Shown one piece after another: positions 26,155-39,878 of a DNA stretch of 64,000 bases (position 1 is the first letter of the stretch; the number at the start of each line of letters is the position of its first letter). The stretch is from Reclinomonas americana ATCC 50394 (lineage: Eukaryota). The notes beneath the pieces are model-generated. The model had not been told where the DNA came from, made no database searches, and was given only the letters and a program-made list of their open reading frames with translations. Location: the NCBI GenBank assembly GCA_048213135.1, contig PS015059.1:334093-398092 (forward strand), given 5' to 3'. Position numbers and translations under genes: made by a program.

Positions 26155-28488
26155 TTATTCCTCCAGAGCGGCGCGGGCTGCGGCCAGCTCGCGAGCGTCC
26201 TCGAAGCTCTTCTGCGCGTGGTGTGGGGAGGGAGGTGTTAGTTGCGAGGAGAAATGTGTGCGCGCGAGAGAGAAAGAGAGGCACGGAGAGCGAGAAGGAG
26301 AGGGATTCAACGCCCGAGAAGACGAGATGTGGGATGAACATGCGGAGATATCGATGGGAGACGGGCAGCGTCAAGAGCACGGAATGCGAGAGACGGACGG
26401 GGTGAGGAGAAAGAGAGAGAGATTCAGAACAAGAGCAGACAGCTGTGGGAAGCAAGACTGCTGTGCATGGAGACGGCGCACCAGCAGAGACGCATTGACG
26501 AGGAGGCAGGCAGTGTGACGAGCGCTGAAGGCGAGGGACGGACGGTAGGAGAGGCAGACAACGAGGGGAAGAGATGGGAGGGAGTAAAAGTGAGAGGAGG
26601 AAATAATATCGTGGAATGATGAAGGCAAACAGAAGAGGAGAGCAGACCTGCAGCGGTCGGACAAACAGGGAGAGAGATAGGAAAGGGGAAGACGATGCAC
26701 AGGATCTGAGAAAGAGATGACGAGTACATATTCGATGGAAAGAAAAAGAGCAGGAAAAGAGGCAATAGACCGCAAAAGGAGGGGGGGGGGGGAGGCGAAT
26801 AGACTTGCAGTGGACTGAATCGGGGAGACGTCGCACAGGATCTGAAATGAGAGGAGCGACATGACGTGGAAAGGTGGGCGCGCACGAAAACGGAGAGGCA
26901 TTGACAGGAAGGCGGGCGGCGTGCAGAGCGCTGAAAGCAAGGAGAGGAGCGACTCTGCACATCGTCTGCCTCCGTCACGCACATTCACATGCATGCACAT
27001 GAGAGAGACACACTTCAGAACACACGCTACAACGACGACAGGAGCCACTGGCATCTTTGCCTTGAGAGGCGAGATGAGGCGAGAGAAGGGGACATGACAA
27101 TGCGGCGCGGAGCACGTTCCACTTGAAGAAATGCAACGAGGAAAGGCCCGCGCGACAATGCGGAAGAGACGTGCACACGGAACCACAAGATGGGCGAGGC
27201 ATGGAATCGAGGCAAGGAGTGACCGACGGAGACACGGAGTGAATCAATCGCCGATACTCGGCAGTGCATGCAGATGATTGACGCACGAAAGAGCGATACA
27301 CACACAACCTGCAGACAAAGTGATGGCGAGAAAGGCGAGCAACGAAGAGAGAACGAGCGCATCGATGTGAGACAGGAAGGATGTTTGCTGCAATCGTTGA
27401 AGCACGTGCATAACAGACGATGGACACAAAGATGCAAGTGCGAAGGAGGGAAGAGCAAGTGTGGAAAGAAGGAGAGAAGCAAGGGTGGAAGAGAGAAGAA
27501 GAATGAGCAAAGAGGTGACAGCAATGATGCAAGTGACGCACGAGTGAGGGGGAGAGAGAGAGGGAGAGAAGAAGAGTGAACAAGTGACAGCAATGATGCA
27601 AGTGACGCAGAGTGAGGAGAGAGAGAGAGAGAGAGAGTGAGCGAGGAGAAGCGTTGACCAGAGAGAAGGAGAGAGTCAGAGTGAGAGATACGATCACGAA
27701 TGCAATCACAAAGCTGACGCAATCGCTCTCTCTCTCTCTCACTCTCTCTCACTCTCTCTCTCTCTCTCTCTCCCTCTCTCTCCCTCTCNNNNNNNNNNNN
27801 NNNNNNNNNNNNNNNNNNNNNNNNNNNNNNNNNNNNNNNNNNNNNNNNNNNNNNNNNNNNNNNNNNNNNNNNNNNNNNNNNNNNNNNNNNNNNNNNNNNN
27901 NNNNNNNNNNNNNNNNNNNNNNNNNNNNNNNNNNNNNNNNNNNNNNNNNNNNNNNNNNNNNNNNNNNNNNNNNNNNNNNNNNNNNNNNNNNNNNNNNNNN
28001 NNNNNNNNNNNNNNNNNNNNNNNNNNNNNNNNNNNNNNNNNNNNNNNNNNNNNNNNNNNNNNNNNNNNNNNNNNNNNNNNNNNNNNNNNNNNNNNNNNNN
28101 NNNNNNNNNNNNNNNNNNNNNNNNNNNNNNNNNNNNNNNNNNNNNNNNNNNNNNNNNNNNNNNNNNNNNNNNNNNNNNNNNNNNNNNNNNNNNNNNNNNN
28201 NNNNNNNNNNNNNNNNNNNNNNNNNNNNNNNNNNNNNNNNNNNNNNNNNNNNNNNNNNNNNNNNNNNNNNNNNNNNNNNNNNNNNNNNNNNNNNNNNNNN
28301 NNNNNNNNNNNNNNNNNNNNNNNNNNNNNNNNNNNNNNNNNNNNNNNNNNNNNNNNNNNNNNNNNNNNNNNNNNNCCCTACCGTTGTCGTTCCGTCGTCG
28401 TACGTCTCGACGACGACGTAGTAGACGTCGTCGTCGTCGTTACCGTACTACGTACCGTCCGTCCGGTCCGTACGAACGACGTACGCGA

Positions 28489-28543
<55 letters not shown>

Positions 28544-28867
28544 CTCTCTCCTCCTCCTCCTCTCTCTCTCTCTCTCTCTCTCTGTGACACACACACACGC
28601 AACTCCCTTGTTGGCCTCGTTCCACATGAAATCAAACGACTTGTTCACCGCAATGTCGCCCACAATAGCACCACCAATAATGTACGCCACGTACACCTAA
28701 GACAAACACACACAAAGAGAGAGAGAGAGAGAGTGCCATGTCAGTGTCAGCCATGTGCGCGCGTGCACATTCATTTCTCTTGCTTATGCGCGCGCGCAGT
28801 TTGTGTGAGTGTGTACCTTGTTGCTCCTGAACAGAGTGTTGTAGACGCTGGATGACAGGCGCTCCAT
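26155..28867 (-). CDS. QCR9: Cytochrome bc1 complex subunit 9 (exons 28867-28817, 28696-28604, 26211-26155)
   Basis: MERLSSSVYNTLFRSNKVYVAYIIGGAIVGDIAVNKSFDFMWNEANKGKSFEDARELAAARAALEE matches the YN.LF.R / W...N.GK.. pattern of QCR9/UQCR10. Confidence 0.9.
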
Positions 28868-28937
28868 TTCCCGACTTTGTGAGTGTGATTGTTGCGTGTC
28901 CTGTGTAGGACGTTTCCAAAACGTCGTCGAATTGTCT

Positions 28938-29478
28938 CACCAACGAACAAGCAGCAGCTGTCTTGATGGGTCCTTTTCCAAAACATCAACACAAAAACCA
29001 GTCTTGAGGCAGCAGCAGGTTTCCTTGTGTGTGTGTGTGTGTTCGTTCTCGGAGCTCCGAACAAGTCGTGAACTGCGATCTTCACCGCATGACCAGTGGC
29101 TTTNNNNNNNNNNNNNNNNNNNNNNNNNNNNNNNNNNNNNNNNNNNNNNNNNNNNNNNNNNNNNNNNNNNNNNNNNNNNNNNNNNNNNNNNNNNNNNNNN
29201 NNNNNNNNNNNNNNNNNNNNNNNNNNNNNNNNNNNNNNNNNNNNNNNNNNNNNNNNNNNNNNNNNNNNNNNNNNNNNNNNNNNNNNNNNNNNNNNNNNNN
29301 NNNNNNNNNNNNNNNNNNNNNNNNNNNNNNNNNNCAAAGCAAAGCCGGGTCCGGAACCGAGATGTAGGCAAAGCAAAAGTAGTGGTGGTGTCGTAGTTGG
29401 TGGCGTGGTTGAAACAGAAGAGAGCTTGTCATGTTGTTGGTGGGGCTCATATCGGTGGTGGCTTGAGCAGATGTTCGG
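28938..29478 (+). repeat. Dispersed intergenic element, copy interrupted by an N gap
   Basis: Both sides of the gap align colinearly with 32508-32890. Confidence 0.85.
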
Positions 29479-29645
29479 CGCATATCGATCAGAATTCGTT
29501 CTTACCTTCCGCTCTACCAGATGCTTCTCTGAAGTACTCTGCTTCCTCTCTCCACCGGCGCGCATTACCGCGAAAAGAACTTCAAGCCTCTTTACCCTTC
29601 ACCCTTTCCACTCCCTCTCTCACTCCCCTCTCCCTTCCCCTCCTC

Positions 29646-31933
29646 TCAGCTCCTCTCCACCTCTCCATCCGAATCATCGTCAGCCCCACCTGACGAGCCG
29701 CCGCCGAGCTTGGCCAGCTGTGCCCTCAGCTCCTGAATGGTCTGGTTCTTGCTGTCGAGCATCTTGCGCAGGTTCTTGAACTGGGAGCTGTCCTGCAGGC
29801 GGCCATTCAGCTCGCCCTCCAGCTGCGCCACCTGCGCCGTCCGTCGATCGACCTCGGCACGCGCCTCGGCCAGCTCGCGCTTCAGCGTGTTCACCTGCTC
29901 CTGCTGCGCGGCGGCGGCGGCACCCGACTGCACCGACGCGTCGGCCGACTTGGAGGCGTGCTCCGACAGGCGCGCCTGCAACGCCTCCACCTGCTGCTGC
30001 AGCTCCCTCTCTCGGCTCTGGCTGGCCGCGTTGGCATCGCTCAGCTTGTCCCGCAGCGCAAACACCTCCTCATTCAGCTGCGACTTGTCGTGCATGACAG
30101 TCACCAACTGCTCCTGCAGCTTCTTCAGTTTCTCGCTCTCCTCCGCCGCCGACATGGCCGCGGCTGCGGGTGCGGCGGCAGCGGCAGGTGCTGCCGACGA
30201 GCTGGACATGCTCGGCAATCCCCTCCCCCCGCCCGCCATGGGCGCCATCAGCAAGCGCTGTGCCGCACCCGACGCCTCGGCCTTGGCCATGGCCAGCTCC
30301 AGCTTCACGGCGTCGACACCGCGCGTCGATTGCGAGTCGAGGGTGGTGAAATCGATGGGCGGGTTGATCGGGCCCGGCACGTGCGACATGATGCGGCGAA
30401 TGAGTTCTGCGTGCACCTTGGCCTCGTCCTCGAACTCGGTGTCTGGGGGGAGGAGGGGAAAGAAAAGGGGGAGGAAAGGGGTAAGGGGGTGAGGGGCGAA
30501 AGAGAGAGAATGGACAGATCATAACGAGAAGGAGTCAAAAGAGGTTTCGGCAGAGAGGAGCAAGAAACCAGATCAATCGTGCTTTGTACCACGATGAAGG
30601 AGATGAGAATGGAAATGGGTAAAATGAAAGGAGGACAGGGAGAGAGACCAAGAGCGCGGACAATCAATAAGACAACTCGAAAAACGGAGCAGAGAGGAGT
30701 GTGCAGAGCAGGGCTGCACGCAGAGAGACACACACATGAAAAGAGGGACCGCATGAGCGAGTATGATGCGTGTGGGCGAGTGAGAGAAAGAGAGAGACCG
30801 ACAGAGACTGAGTGAAGCGCGTATAGAATAGGACTACGCACCGAGTGTCACACATACAAAAGAGAGACAGCAAAAGCGAGTATGATGTGTGTGTGTGAGA
30901 GAGAGAAACCGTGAAACAGAGAGAGAAAGTGAGTGATTGTGCGAGTGAAGGGGGGAGGGAGGGAGGAGTGAGGGAGTGAGTGAGAGNNNNNNNNNNNNNN
31001 NNNNNNNNNNNNNNNNNNNNNNNNNNNNNNNNNNNNNNNNNNNNNNNNNNNNNNNNNNNNNNNNNNNNNNNNNNNNNNNNNNNNNNNNNNNNNNNNNNNN
31101 NNNNNNNNNNNNNNNNNNNNNNNNNNNNNNNNNNNNNNNNNNNNNNNNNNNNNNNNNNNNNNNNNNNNNNNNNNNNNNNNNNNNNNNNNNNNNNNNNNNN
31201 NNNNNNNNNNNNNNNNNNNNNNNNNNNNNNNNNNNNNNNNNNNNNNNNNNNNNNNNNNNNNNNNNNNNNNNNNNNNNNNNNNNNNNNNNNNNNNNNNNNN
31301 NNNNNNNNNNNNNNNNNNNNNNNNNNNNNNNNNNNNNNNNNNNNNNNNNNNNNNNNNNNNNNNNNNNNNNNNNNNNNNNNNNNNNNNNNNNNNNNNNNNN
31401 NNNNNNNNNNNNNNNNNNNNNNNNNNNNNNNNNNNNNNNNNNNNNNNNNNNNNNNNNNNNNNNNNNNNNNNNNNNNNNNNNNNNNNNNNNNNNNNNNNNN
31501 NNNNNNNNNNNNNNNNNNNNNNNNNNNNNNNNNNNNNNNNNNNNNNNNNNNNNNNNNNNNNNNNNNNNNNNNNNNNNNNNNNNNNNNNNNNNNNNNNNNN
31601 NNNNNNNNNNNNNNNNNNNNNNNNNNNNNNNNNNNNNNNNNNNNNNNNNNNNNNNNNNNNNNNNNNNNNNNNNNNNNNNNNNNNNNNNNNNNNNNNNNNN
31701 NNNNNNNNNNNNNNNNNNNNNNNNNNNNNNNNNNNNNNNNNNNNNNNNNNNNNNNNNNNNNNNNNNNNNNNNNNNNNNNNNNNNNNNNNNNNNNNNNNNN
31801 NNNNNNNNNNNNNNNNNNNNNNNNNNNNNNNNNNNNNNNNNNNNNNNNNNNNNNNNNNNNNNNNNNNNNNNNNNNNNNNNNNNNNNNNNNNNNNNNNNNN
31901 NNNNNNNNNNNNNNNNNNNNNNNNACGACGACA

Positions 31934-32006
<73 letters not shown>

Positions 32007-32290
32007 TCACCCCTCTCACGCACCCACATTGCCCTTGATAAATCCACACAAATCATCAATCAAGTCCACGACCTCTTTCCGTGAGTATGCCTCGTCAAAC
32101 AACCTACACGAAATACATGAGTGACATGCACACACACAGAGAAAGAGCAAGAGAGAGAGAGAGAGTGTGTGACACACGCGCACCTCGACTCCTTCACATC
32201 CTCAAACGGTTTCTCAATCTCCTCCACGTGCAACTGCCGACGCGCAGTGACGTATGTCGAGTACACTCGCAACAACTGCGCTGCCTCCAT
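29646..32290 (-). CDS. LZTFL1: LZTFL1/BBS17-like coiled-coil ciliary protein; one or more middle exons probably lost in the N gap
   Basis: N-terminal ARRQLHVEEIEKPFEDVKESR and C-terminal ELNGRLQDSSQFKNLRKMLDSKNQTIQELRAQL resemble the LZTFL1 termini; central coiled coil. Confidence 0.75.
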
Positions 32291-32507
32291 GGCCTTCTCT
32301 CTCAACACACTAACAACACTGTAAATTTCGAACGTTGCAACGGTGAGCAGGACATCTCGTGAGGTGCGTGACTTGCAGTTCTGCTTGCCTCTCACAAGGC
32401 ACGAGGTTATGCCAGTCGGTCGGGAAACGTAGAGGCGCTGGGTGCTTTTGGAGCTTCTACAGATGAAGTGAAACTGGTGACGTCGACGTCGATATTTGTT
32501 CGTGATC

Positions 32508-32890
32508 GCCAACAAACAAGCAACTGTCTTGATGACCAAGTTCAACCCTTTCCAAAACACCGCAGCAGCAGGTTTCTTGTGTATGTGTGTTCGCTCTCGG
32601 ATCCGGAGCTCCGAACAAGTCGAGAACTGCGATCTTCACCGCATAAGTGTGGTTGACCAGTGGATTTGACACACTTGCATAGACGCATAGCGTTTTTCTG
32701 CGATCGTACACGGCACATCGAATCTCGCGAAATGGCCAGAGCCAGGCAAACAAAGCAAAGCCGGGTCCGGATCCATGAAGCAAAGCAAAGCAAAGCAGTG
32801 GAGGCGTCGTCATTGATGGTGTGGTTGAATGCAAGAGAACTTGTCATGTTGCTGGTGAGGCTCATATCGGTGGTGGCGTGGGCAGGTGGT
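32508..32890 (+). repeat. Dispersed intergenic element, fullest ungapped copy
   Basis: Shares CCAACAAACAAGCAAC..GTCTTGATG, GGAGCTCCGAACAAGTCG.GAACTGCGATCTTCACCGCAT, CAAAGCAAAGCCGGGTCCGGA and CTTGTCATGTTG.TGGTG.GGCTCATATCGGTGGTGGC with the copy at 28938-29478. Confidence 0.85.
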
Positions 32891-33009
32891 GCGCGCATTT
32901 GCTGCAGCAGTGATTCCAACACTGTGACAGCCACTGACCTGTAGCCGTGTAGCATGCCACAGCGGACGCACCAGTCAAAGTGACACGTTCTTCGCCTTGG
33001 ATACATACT

Positions 33010-35216
33010 TCAATCATATGCGTCACTCAATTGCTTCCTGAATGAATCAAACGTCTCGACAAGAAGCACAATCTGCATCCAAAGGTTAGACGACAACACC
33101 ACTCCCATGCTGGCCAGCAGCTTGTCGGCCAGCAACACATGGTAGATTTCGAACAGTAGCACACGATGCAAGGTTGAGCACGCGAAACCGCGCATGACGC
33201 CACCCGGCGCCAGCATTCTAACCAGCGGAGACTCGATATCGAAGCAGCAACTTCGACGATTGCTGCGGTACATGCGACGGGCATCTCCGACAATTAAAGT
33301 GTCGATCAGACGGCGGAACACGTCAGACGACGGCGCCGCGTCTTGTCGTGGCGGTGCAATGGCGCAGCTGAGCTGCACAAGTGGGAACGGCGACGGCACC
33401 GAGTAATCCGCGGCCGCTTCAAGCACCCACCTGAGCTCGCTGGAGGCGAGAGCACACTTGCACTGATCAGCCCACTCGCTCGCAGTGTGCTCCTCGGGCT
33501 CGCTCGTCAGCTGCACGAAAACGCCCGCGCCACGTTAAGCAATGTGCAATACAAGAGACTTGCTCACGCACACACACAAACGACAATGGCACAAACCTCA
33601 GCTACGTGAGCACCAGTAAGACAACAAAAGGCGAGCTGGTCAAGGTCCCAGCCAGGCCGCTCACCGCTCTCAATTTGACAGTCAATCCTTTTCATCTCTT
33701 TCTCCAACAACCCATCGTTCACCACGGGCAGGACATACGATAAGGAGTACAGAAGCCGTAGCGGCGAGATGTCGCCGTCGTCGAAGCGATCTCTAATCAC
33801 GTCCTGAAGAATCGCAACCCACTGGCCGCGGCTCTCGGCCTCCACATGCACTGCATCCATAATCTTGGGAAACACCAATTCGCTCGACAACTCTCTTCCC
33901 TGCATGCAGCCATCCTGAAGACAGTCTATAAAGGCAAGAGCGAGATCATCCAAAGTCACATGCGATCGGTACTGCGGATACTCCAGCAAACAGTGAACCG
34001 TGATCGCCAACGGAAGAATGCTCTGCTGCAAAACGCACTCGGCAACCTGTCCATCGTCAAGAGCTCCCTCCATGAACCGAGGATTGTCCAGAACAACCCG
34101 CAGCACGCGTGCATCACTGATAGTGCGAAGAAGTTGCTGCAGCCAACTGGTCCTGCGCGGGTGGCATGAGAGATCGCTCTGCAGCAGTGTCCGCAGCATG
34201 GTACAATCAGACGTTTGCGCGGCCACCTCAAACGGTGTTCCTGGCGGCACATCGCCATCGAACAAGCGCACCAAGCGCCCATCTCTTCTGACACAAATGT
34301 CCACGAGTTGGTCATCGGCATCCGCCGGTGTGGTAGCATCCCGAGCCCAGCTGGCGCGAGTGAACATTACACCGGAACCGTCACCCACAACGACCTCGTC
34401 TCGCTCCAGCAACAGTGACACAACATCCGCATGGCCATTCAAGCACGCTTGCAGCAGAGCAATATTATCCGGTTGTCCCGGGTACACCCTATCGTCGGCG
34501 AGCAACGCCGCCACCACTGTTGTGTGGCCGCGAGATGCCGCCTGTCGCAACGGCATATTGTCGGCAACGGTAGGGTCGGCGATGCCTTCGTCCAGCAGCA
34601 GCCGCAAAGTCTCCACATCGTTGGTGGCGGCCGCCAACTCAAGTCGCACGCTCGCCTCCAGGTTGTGCAGCGGCCACGCCTCACGGAGGTCGTCAAGGAC
34701 GGCCTTTTTCCGGCAAATCATGCAGTGTCGCACGGACTTGATCAACATCAACTCGACAAGTTCGGGGTCGACATGAAGACCGAGACCGCCCAGACGTCGG
34801 ATGGCGAAGCCATCAGACACACTGACAGCGGCCCGCAATGCCACATCCAGTGCCTGCGGGCTCATCGCATACTCAATCAGCGGCGTGCGACCGTGCTTCC
34901 GCTCTTGCATAACATTCAGCACGTCTTGCAGGCGACCGCCGACGACTGCGGCAACAGGCCACCACGGACACCATTTGGCCACACTGTCAAAGAATGCGAC
35001 GGGCACCAGGTGGAGGAGAGCAGTGACAGACGCCGTCGGCGCCATCCACAAGCAATGGGCTACTGCGCTCACCCACAAATGCTCCTTGAGCTTCTTCGTC
35101 TTCCACAGACGTTCAGCCGCCGCCTTGTCCACGCGCCCACGCACAGCTTGTGTCAGAAGTGTGGTTGCCTCGCGCCAGGAATGCTGTTTCGCGCAGCAAG
35201 AAAAGATGCAAGTGAG

Positions 35217-35272
<56 letters not shown>

Positions 35273-35531
35273 ATACCTGTGCATCCACATAAGCTGGGGG
35301 AGGCCTCGGTTCCGTACCAGCATCGCGACACAATATTAATGCCGTATACACAGCCCATGCCGCGCTTTCACACTCGTGGGCGTCGATCTTCAGCCGCACA
35401 CTGTCGCAAGTTTTCTCGACAGTGCTCGCCTTATGCAGCAGTTCTTCAAGCAAGTCGGAGGGTGACAGAGGGGCGGATGATGAAGCCGTGGAATGTGTGT
35501 GTGCAAGAGGACGTGAAGTTACAATCTTCAA
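33010..35531 (-). CDS. Ankyrin-repeat protein, intron-poor; start codon not resolved
   Basis: 526-aa ORF with DPTVADNMPLRQAASRGHTTVVAALL and DNIALLQACLNGHADVVSLLL repeats; in-frame junctions to exons above 35277 and below 33510. Confidence 0.75.
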
Positions 35532-35702
35532 GCTTCGCGAACCTCGCTACATGAGCCAGGCGGAACGTCTGGTGTAAGCTGTCACAGTATGATAAGTTCA
35601 ATGAAGCGTCAAGATACAAGGAAGCGCTGCGCGTCTGAAGGCCGCCTACGTTTGTCGAAACGCTTCACCAAGAGTCGCCGCGTTTGATCTCTCGTCGTTT
35701 CA

Positions 35703-36330
35703 CTAACTCGAACAACAATCACACCTCCCTCGCGCAGTGCACTGGCAACACCCCGCCCAGTCCATCACCCGCGGCCTCCCGCGAGCCTCCACGCACTGCG
35801 GACACGTGCACGTCTCGCCTGCGCACGCCATCTCCCACCCCGACATTGCCGAGGGATCCACATAGTGATACCGACCACACAGCTTATGACCGCACTTGGA
35901 GCAGGGTGGTAGCGGGCAAGGGTTGCTGGCCAGTGCGTCCCGTTGAGCGCGCTCACGAGCCGCCAGCGCCTCCTGCTCGAGGGCATGCACGACAGCTTCT
36001 CGCTCCCGTTGCATCGCGAGGCGTGCGCGGTTCCTTGCCATCTTCTCTTCCACCGCGCCGCTGTCCAGCGCCGGCAGCAGATCGTCGAGGGTCAGATGCC
36101 CGAGGCTCTCCGACACGGCGCGCTGTCGTTCCGCACTCATGTCGAGTGCAGTGCGGAGGTGATAGAGCGCGTTGCGGACGCCTGACGCAGGGTGCGCATG
36201 AGCTATCGCGCGACATAAGATGATGACGAGCGAGGCTGGTGGCGACCTTGCTGGTGTCGGGCGTCTCGGCTGCCGAGGTCCTCCAAGTGGGTGAGCACGA
36301 GGCATAGGATTTGCTCGTCGCGGTCGGCGG
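35703..36330 (-). CDS. Unknown protein with helical region and Cys-rich C-terminus (last two exons; 5' end unresolved)
   Basis: Acceptor at 36331 and in-frame CAA G|GTCGCC...CAG|GC junction; tail CPLPPCSKCGHKLC...CTCPQC...CCQC..RCDCC. Confidence 0.55.
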
Positions 36331-37484
36331 CTGCACGAAAGGGAAAGAGGGGAAGTAAAGGGGGGGGGGGAGTAAAGGGGGAAGGAAAGGGGGAAGGGGT
36401 GAATTGGGGAGGGGGGGAAGGGGGAAGGGAGAGAAGAGTGATTAGTGAGGGACAGAAGCGAGGAGGTGGACACCACCACCGCCTGCCCTCTCTTCCTCTA
36501 TCTTTCTCCCTCCCTCTCTCTCTGTATATGTGTGCGTGCGTGTCTCTTCGCGTGTACGAGGCAAGAATGACTGATAAGACGAAGTGAACTTGCTCCGTAG
36601 CAGTGCTGTCCCTTCGAGTTCTCTCCACGATCGCGAGCGTCTGTGAATGTATGACAATGAAAGAGCGTGGCGGAAGCAAGTTTGATGCAAGCATCGTTAC
36701 AGCGTGTTCTCTAGATCTCTCCGAATTCCTCTCGCTCTCCCTCTCCCTCTCCCTCTCTCTCTCTCTCTGTCTGCATGTGTGTATATGTGTGCGTGTGTGT
36801 CTCCTCGAGTGTACGAGGCAAGAATGGCTGATAAGACACAGTGAACTTGCTCCGTAGCAGTGCTGTCCCTCCGAGTTCTCTCCGAACGTATGTGAATGTA
36901 TGACGATGAAAGAAGCAAGTTCAATACAAGCATCGTTGCAGCGTCTTCTCTCTCCGAATTCCTCTCTCTTTCTCTCTCTTCACGGCAAGGAATGCGGATA
37001 TGAGAGAGAGAGAGAGAGTGAATTTTGAGAAAGTGCTGGATGTAAGGTCTGCCTGAGTTCCTCTCTCTCTCTTCACGTGTACACGGCAAGGAATGTGGAT
37101 GAAGGAGAGAGAGAACGTCTGCGCACGCGCGCTCCTGCAGGGGAGAGCGAATGCATGACTGAAATGTGATGGGATAAGTGCTCAGTTCTCAACTACCTGC
37201 ATCTCTCGTTCTTTTGTGCGCTAGTATCTCTGTCCATGTGCATGCGAACACAAGACATGACTCTCAACTTCTCATCCTGCAAACATGTGCTCTTCCGAGT
37301 GAGTGCGAAAGTGCACGTTCCCTTCTCTCTCTCTCTCCTGCTCCCTTTCCTCTCTTCTCATCACAAGCCACACAAACTCACCCGCCATCCTTTTCTCGCA
37401 CAACAAACACAAACTTCGAGCGCGACCGTTACACACAGGACAGCAATCAACGTCCACACGCACAACCACACACACGCAGAGACA

Positions 37485-37898
37485 ATGGCTGACGAGGGAC
37501 GCATTCCGCAGGGCACACAGGAGCTGACCAACTACGTTGCGTTGCTGAGTGAGAAACAGAGAGGGAGAGAAAGCAAGTGTGTGAACATGGCCTCACTCAT
37601 GTCACACTCTCACGCAGGTGCAAGGTCTGCTGGGTGAGATGGTGCGTGACTGGTCTCTCACTGTGCGTGTCTGTCTCATGTGATTGTTTGCTCACTCTGT
37701 GTGTGCGAGAACAGCAAAGTCGATTCCAGGAAATGTCGACGGCGATCATGGGTCGCAGTTGCGCTTGTGGGCGAGGAAGAGAGTTGTTGTTGTGTGTTGT
37801 GTATGTGTGGGAATGGGGCTGGGTTGAGTTGGACGTGAGTGGGAGAGGTGGTCGGCGTGTGTGTGTCATGAGTGTGGCAGTTGTCTGAGAGGGACTGG

Positions 37899-37931
<33 letters not shown>

Positions 37932-38122
37932 GAGGAGGAGGAGAGAGAGNNNNNNNNNNNNNNNNNNNNNNNNNNNNNNNNNNNNNNNNNNNNNNNNNNN
38001 NNNNNNNNNNNNNNNNNNNNNNNNNNNNNNNNNNNNNNNNNNNNNNNNNNNNNNNNNNNNNNNNNNNNNNNNNNNNNNNNNNNNNNNNNNNNNNNNNNNN
38101 NNNNNNNNNNNNNNNNNNNNNN

Positions 38123-38177
<55 letters not shown>

Positions 38178-39368
38178 GATGGTGGGGTGCGAGTTTGCTG
38201 GTGCACTGGCAGGCACGCACATAGTAAGTGAGAAAGGCGCACATATTGGTCTTCTGTGCAGTGAGGATGTGGACTCTCATCTCTCTCCCTTCGCTCTCAT
38301 GTCTTCCTCGTTGTGCTTCTCGTCATTCGTGTATGTCTGTGACGTTCTTACCCGTGCGCTCTCTCACTCATTTGCTGGTCAGACGCATCGTCTCTCGCTG
38401 CTGTTTTCTCATCCCATCTCTTCTTGTTTGCGTGCCTGCAATGATTTGAGTTCTTTCTCTCCCCTGTTCGTCTGCTTGTCAGGCGCAACCTCTCTCACCT
38501 TCTCTTCCTGGGATGTGGACTCTTCCCTCATCCCTTCTCTTCGTGCGCTTGTCTGTCTCATTCTGGTCCTCATTCGTCTGCTTGTCAGACGCATCGCTAC
38601 TATTCTTGTGTGCGTTCCTTCAACTTCCGGGTCTATTCGCGTTCACATTCGTTTGTGTACCAGGCGCAACCTCTCTCGCGGCTGTATACTCATCGCTTCT
38701 CTTCTCTCCCTCTCTTCCCGCTTGTGCGCTGTTTCTCGTACTTCTTGTCTTTGTACATGCGTGCCTGCCACATTCTGGCAGCCGCATCATATCTCGCCTC
38801 TTCTTTCCGTCTTGTGAGCTGTCTTGCTTCTCCCTGCTCTCTCCCTTCTCGCTCGTCGACAGTGCGTGGATTGCTGTCGATCTCTCATCCTCACTTGGTC
38901 AGCGATTCAGCCTCGTACACTGTCTCGTCCGCCATTCGTTATCTGTCGTCTCTCTGACTGCACGTTTGCGTGAATCGGTTGTCCTCTCGCCCTCTGTTCT
39001 CAAACTCAGCGATGAACTCTCCAGACGTCCATACTTGTCTTCAAGATATTTCTCGCCACGCTTCGCCCGCCGTTGTCTCTTTCTGTCCCCCTTGTACACT
39101 CTCGATGTCTGTGCGTCTGTGTGTGCAACTCTCCTTCTCTACCCATCACCGTTCACTCTCCTGTCGTCTACTTCCAGCACAGATTATTCGTCACTCATTC
39201 GCATCACTTTCTCTTCATCTCCCTCCCCATTTCCCTCCCCATCTCGCTCACCCCCCTTCCTCCCCTTTCCCCTCTCCAGTCGACGACATGAGCGGCCGCA
39301 TCGACGACCTGGAGCGGAGCCTAGGCGAACTCATGAGCCAAGCAGGCGTGGACGACGAGGGCAACTAA
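37485..39368 (+). CDS. HSBP1: Heat shock factor binding protein 1 (exons 37485-37535, 37618-37641, 37715-37757, 39280-39368)
   Basis: QELTNYVQGLLGEMQSRFQEMSTAIMGRIDDMSGRIDDLERSLGELMSQAG is the HSBP1 signature. Confidence 0.96.
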
Positions 39369-39738
39369 TACCCTTGTTTTCTCTCGAGGATGGACCCTCC
39401 TTTTTCTCGCCATGTTTGCACTCCCACCATTGTGCACGCAGGCGGCGGCGGTGGCGGCGGTGGCGTGGAGGGTTCATCCTGTCTGACACAACTTTTTTGT
39501 AAAATCGAGAATGGTGGAGGAATACCAGTCGGCACACGATACATTCGCGATCTCCTGGATCGAGAACGCGCCCGATGCGCACGCAGGTTCACATCGTGAC
39601 AACAACAGCAATAAGAGAGAGAGAGGCACACGAACACAGAAACAGAGAGAGGGGATACAAAACTGGGTAGCAGAACGATACAATAGGAACGATTACAAGC
39701 CTACAGGCGGCGGTGGCGTAGTGGTGGTGACCTTGTTG

Positions 39739-39842
39739 TCACTTGAGCAGGCACACGTACTTGTGCGTGCGGAGCCAGTCTTCGGTGACGACGTTTTTGA
39801 TCTGCGCGAGGGCGGGGAATTGACGAGTGAGCGACACTGAAA

Positions 39843-39878
<36 letters not shown>

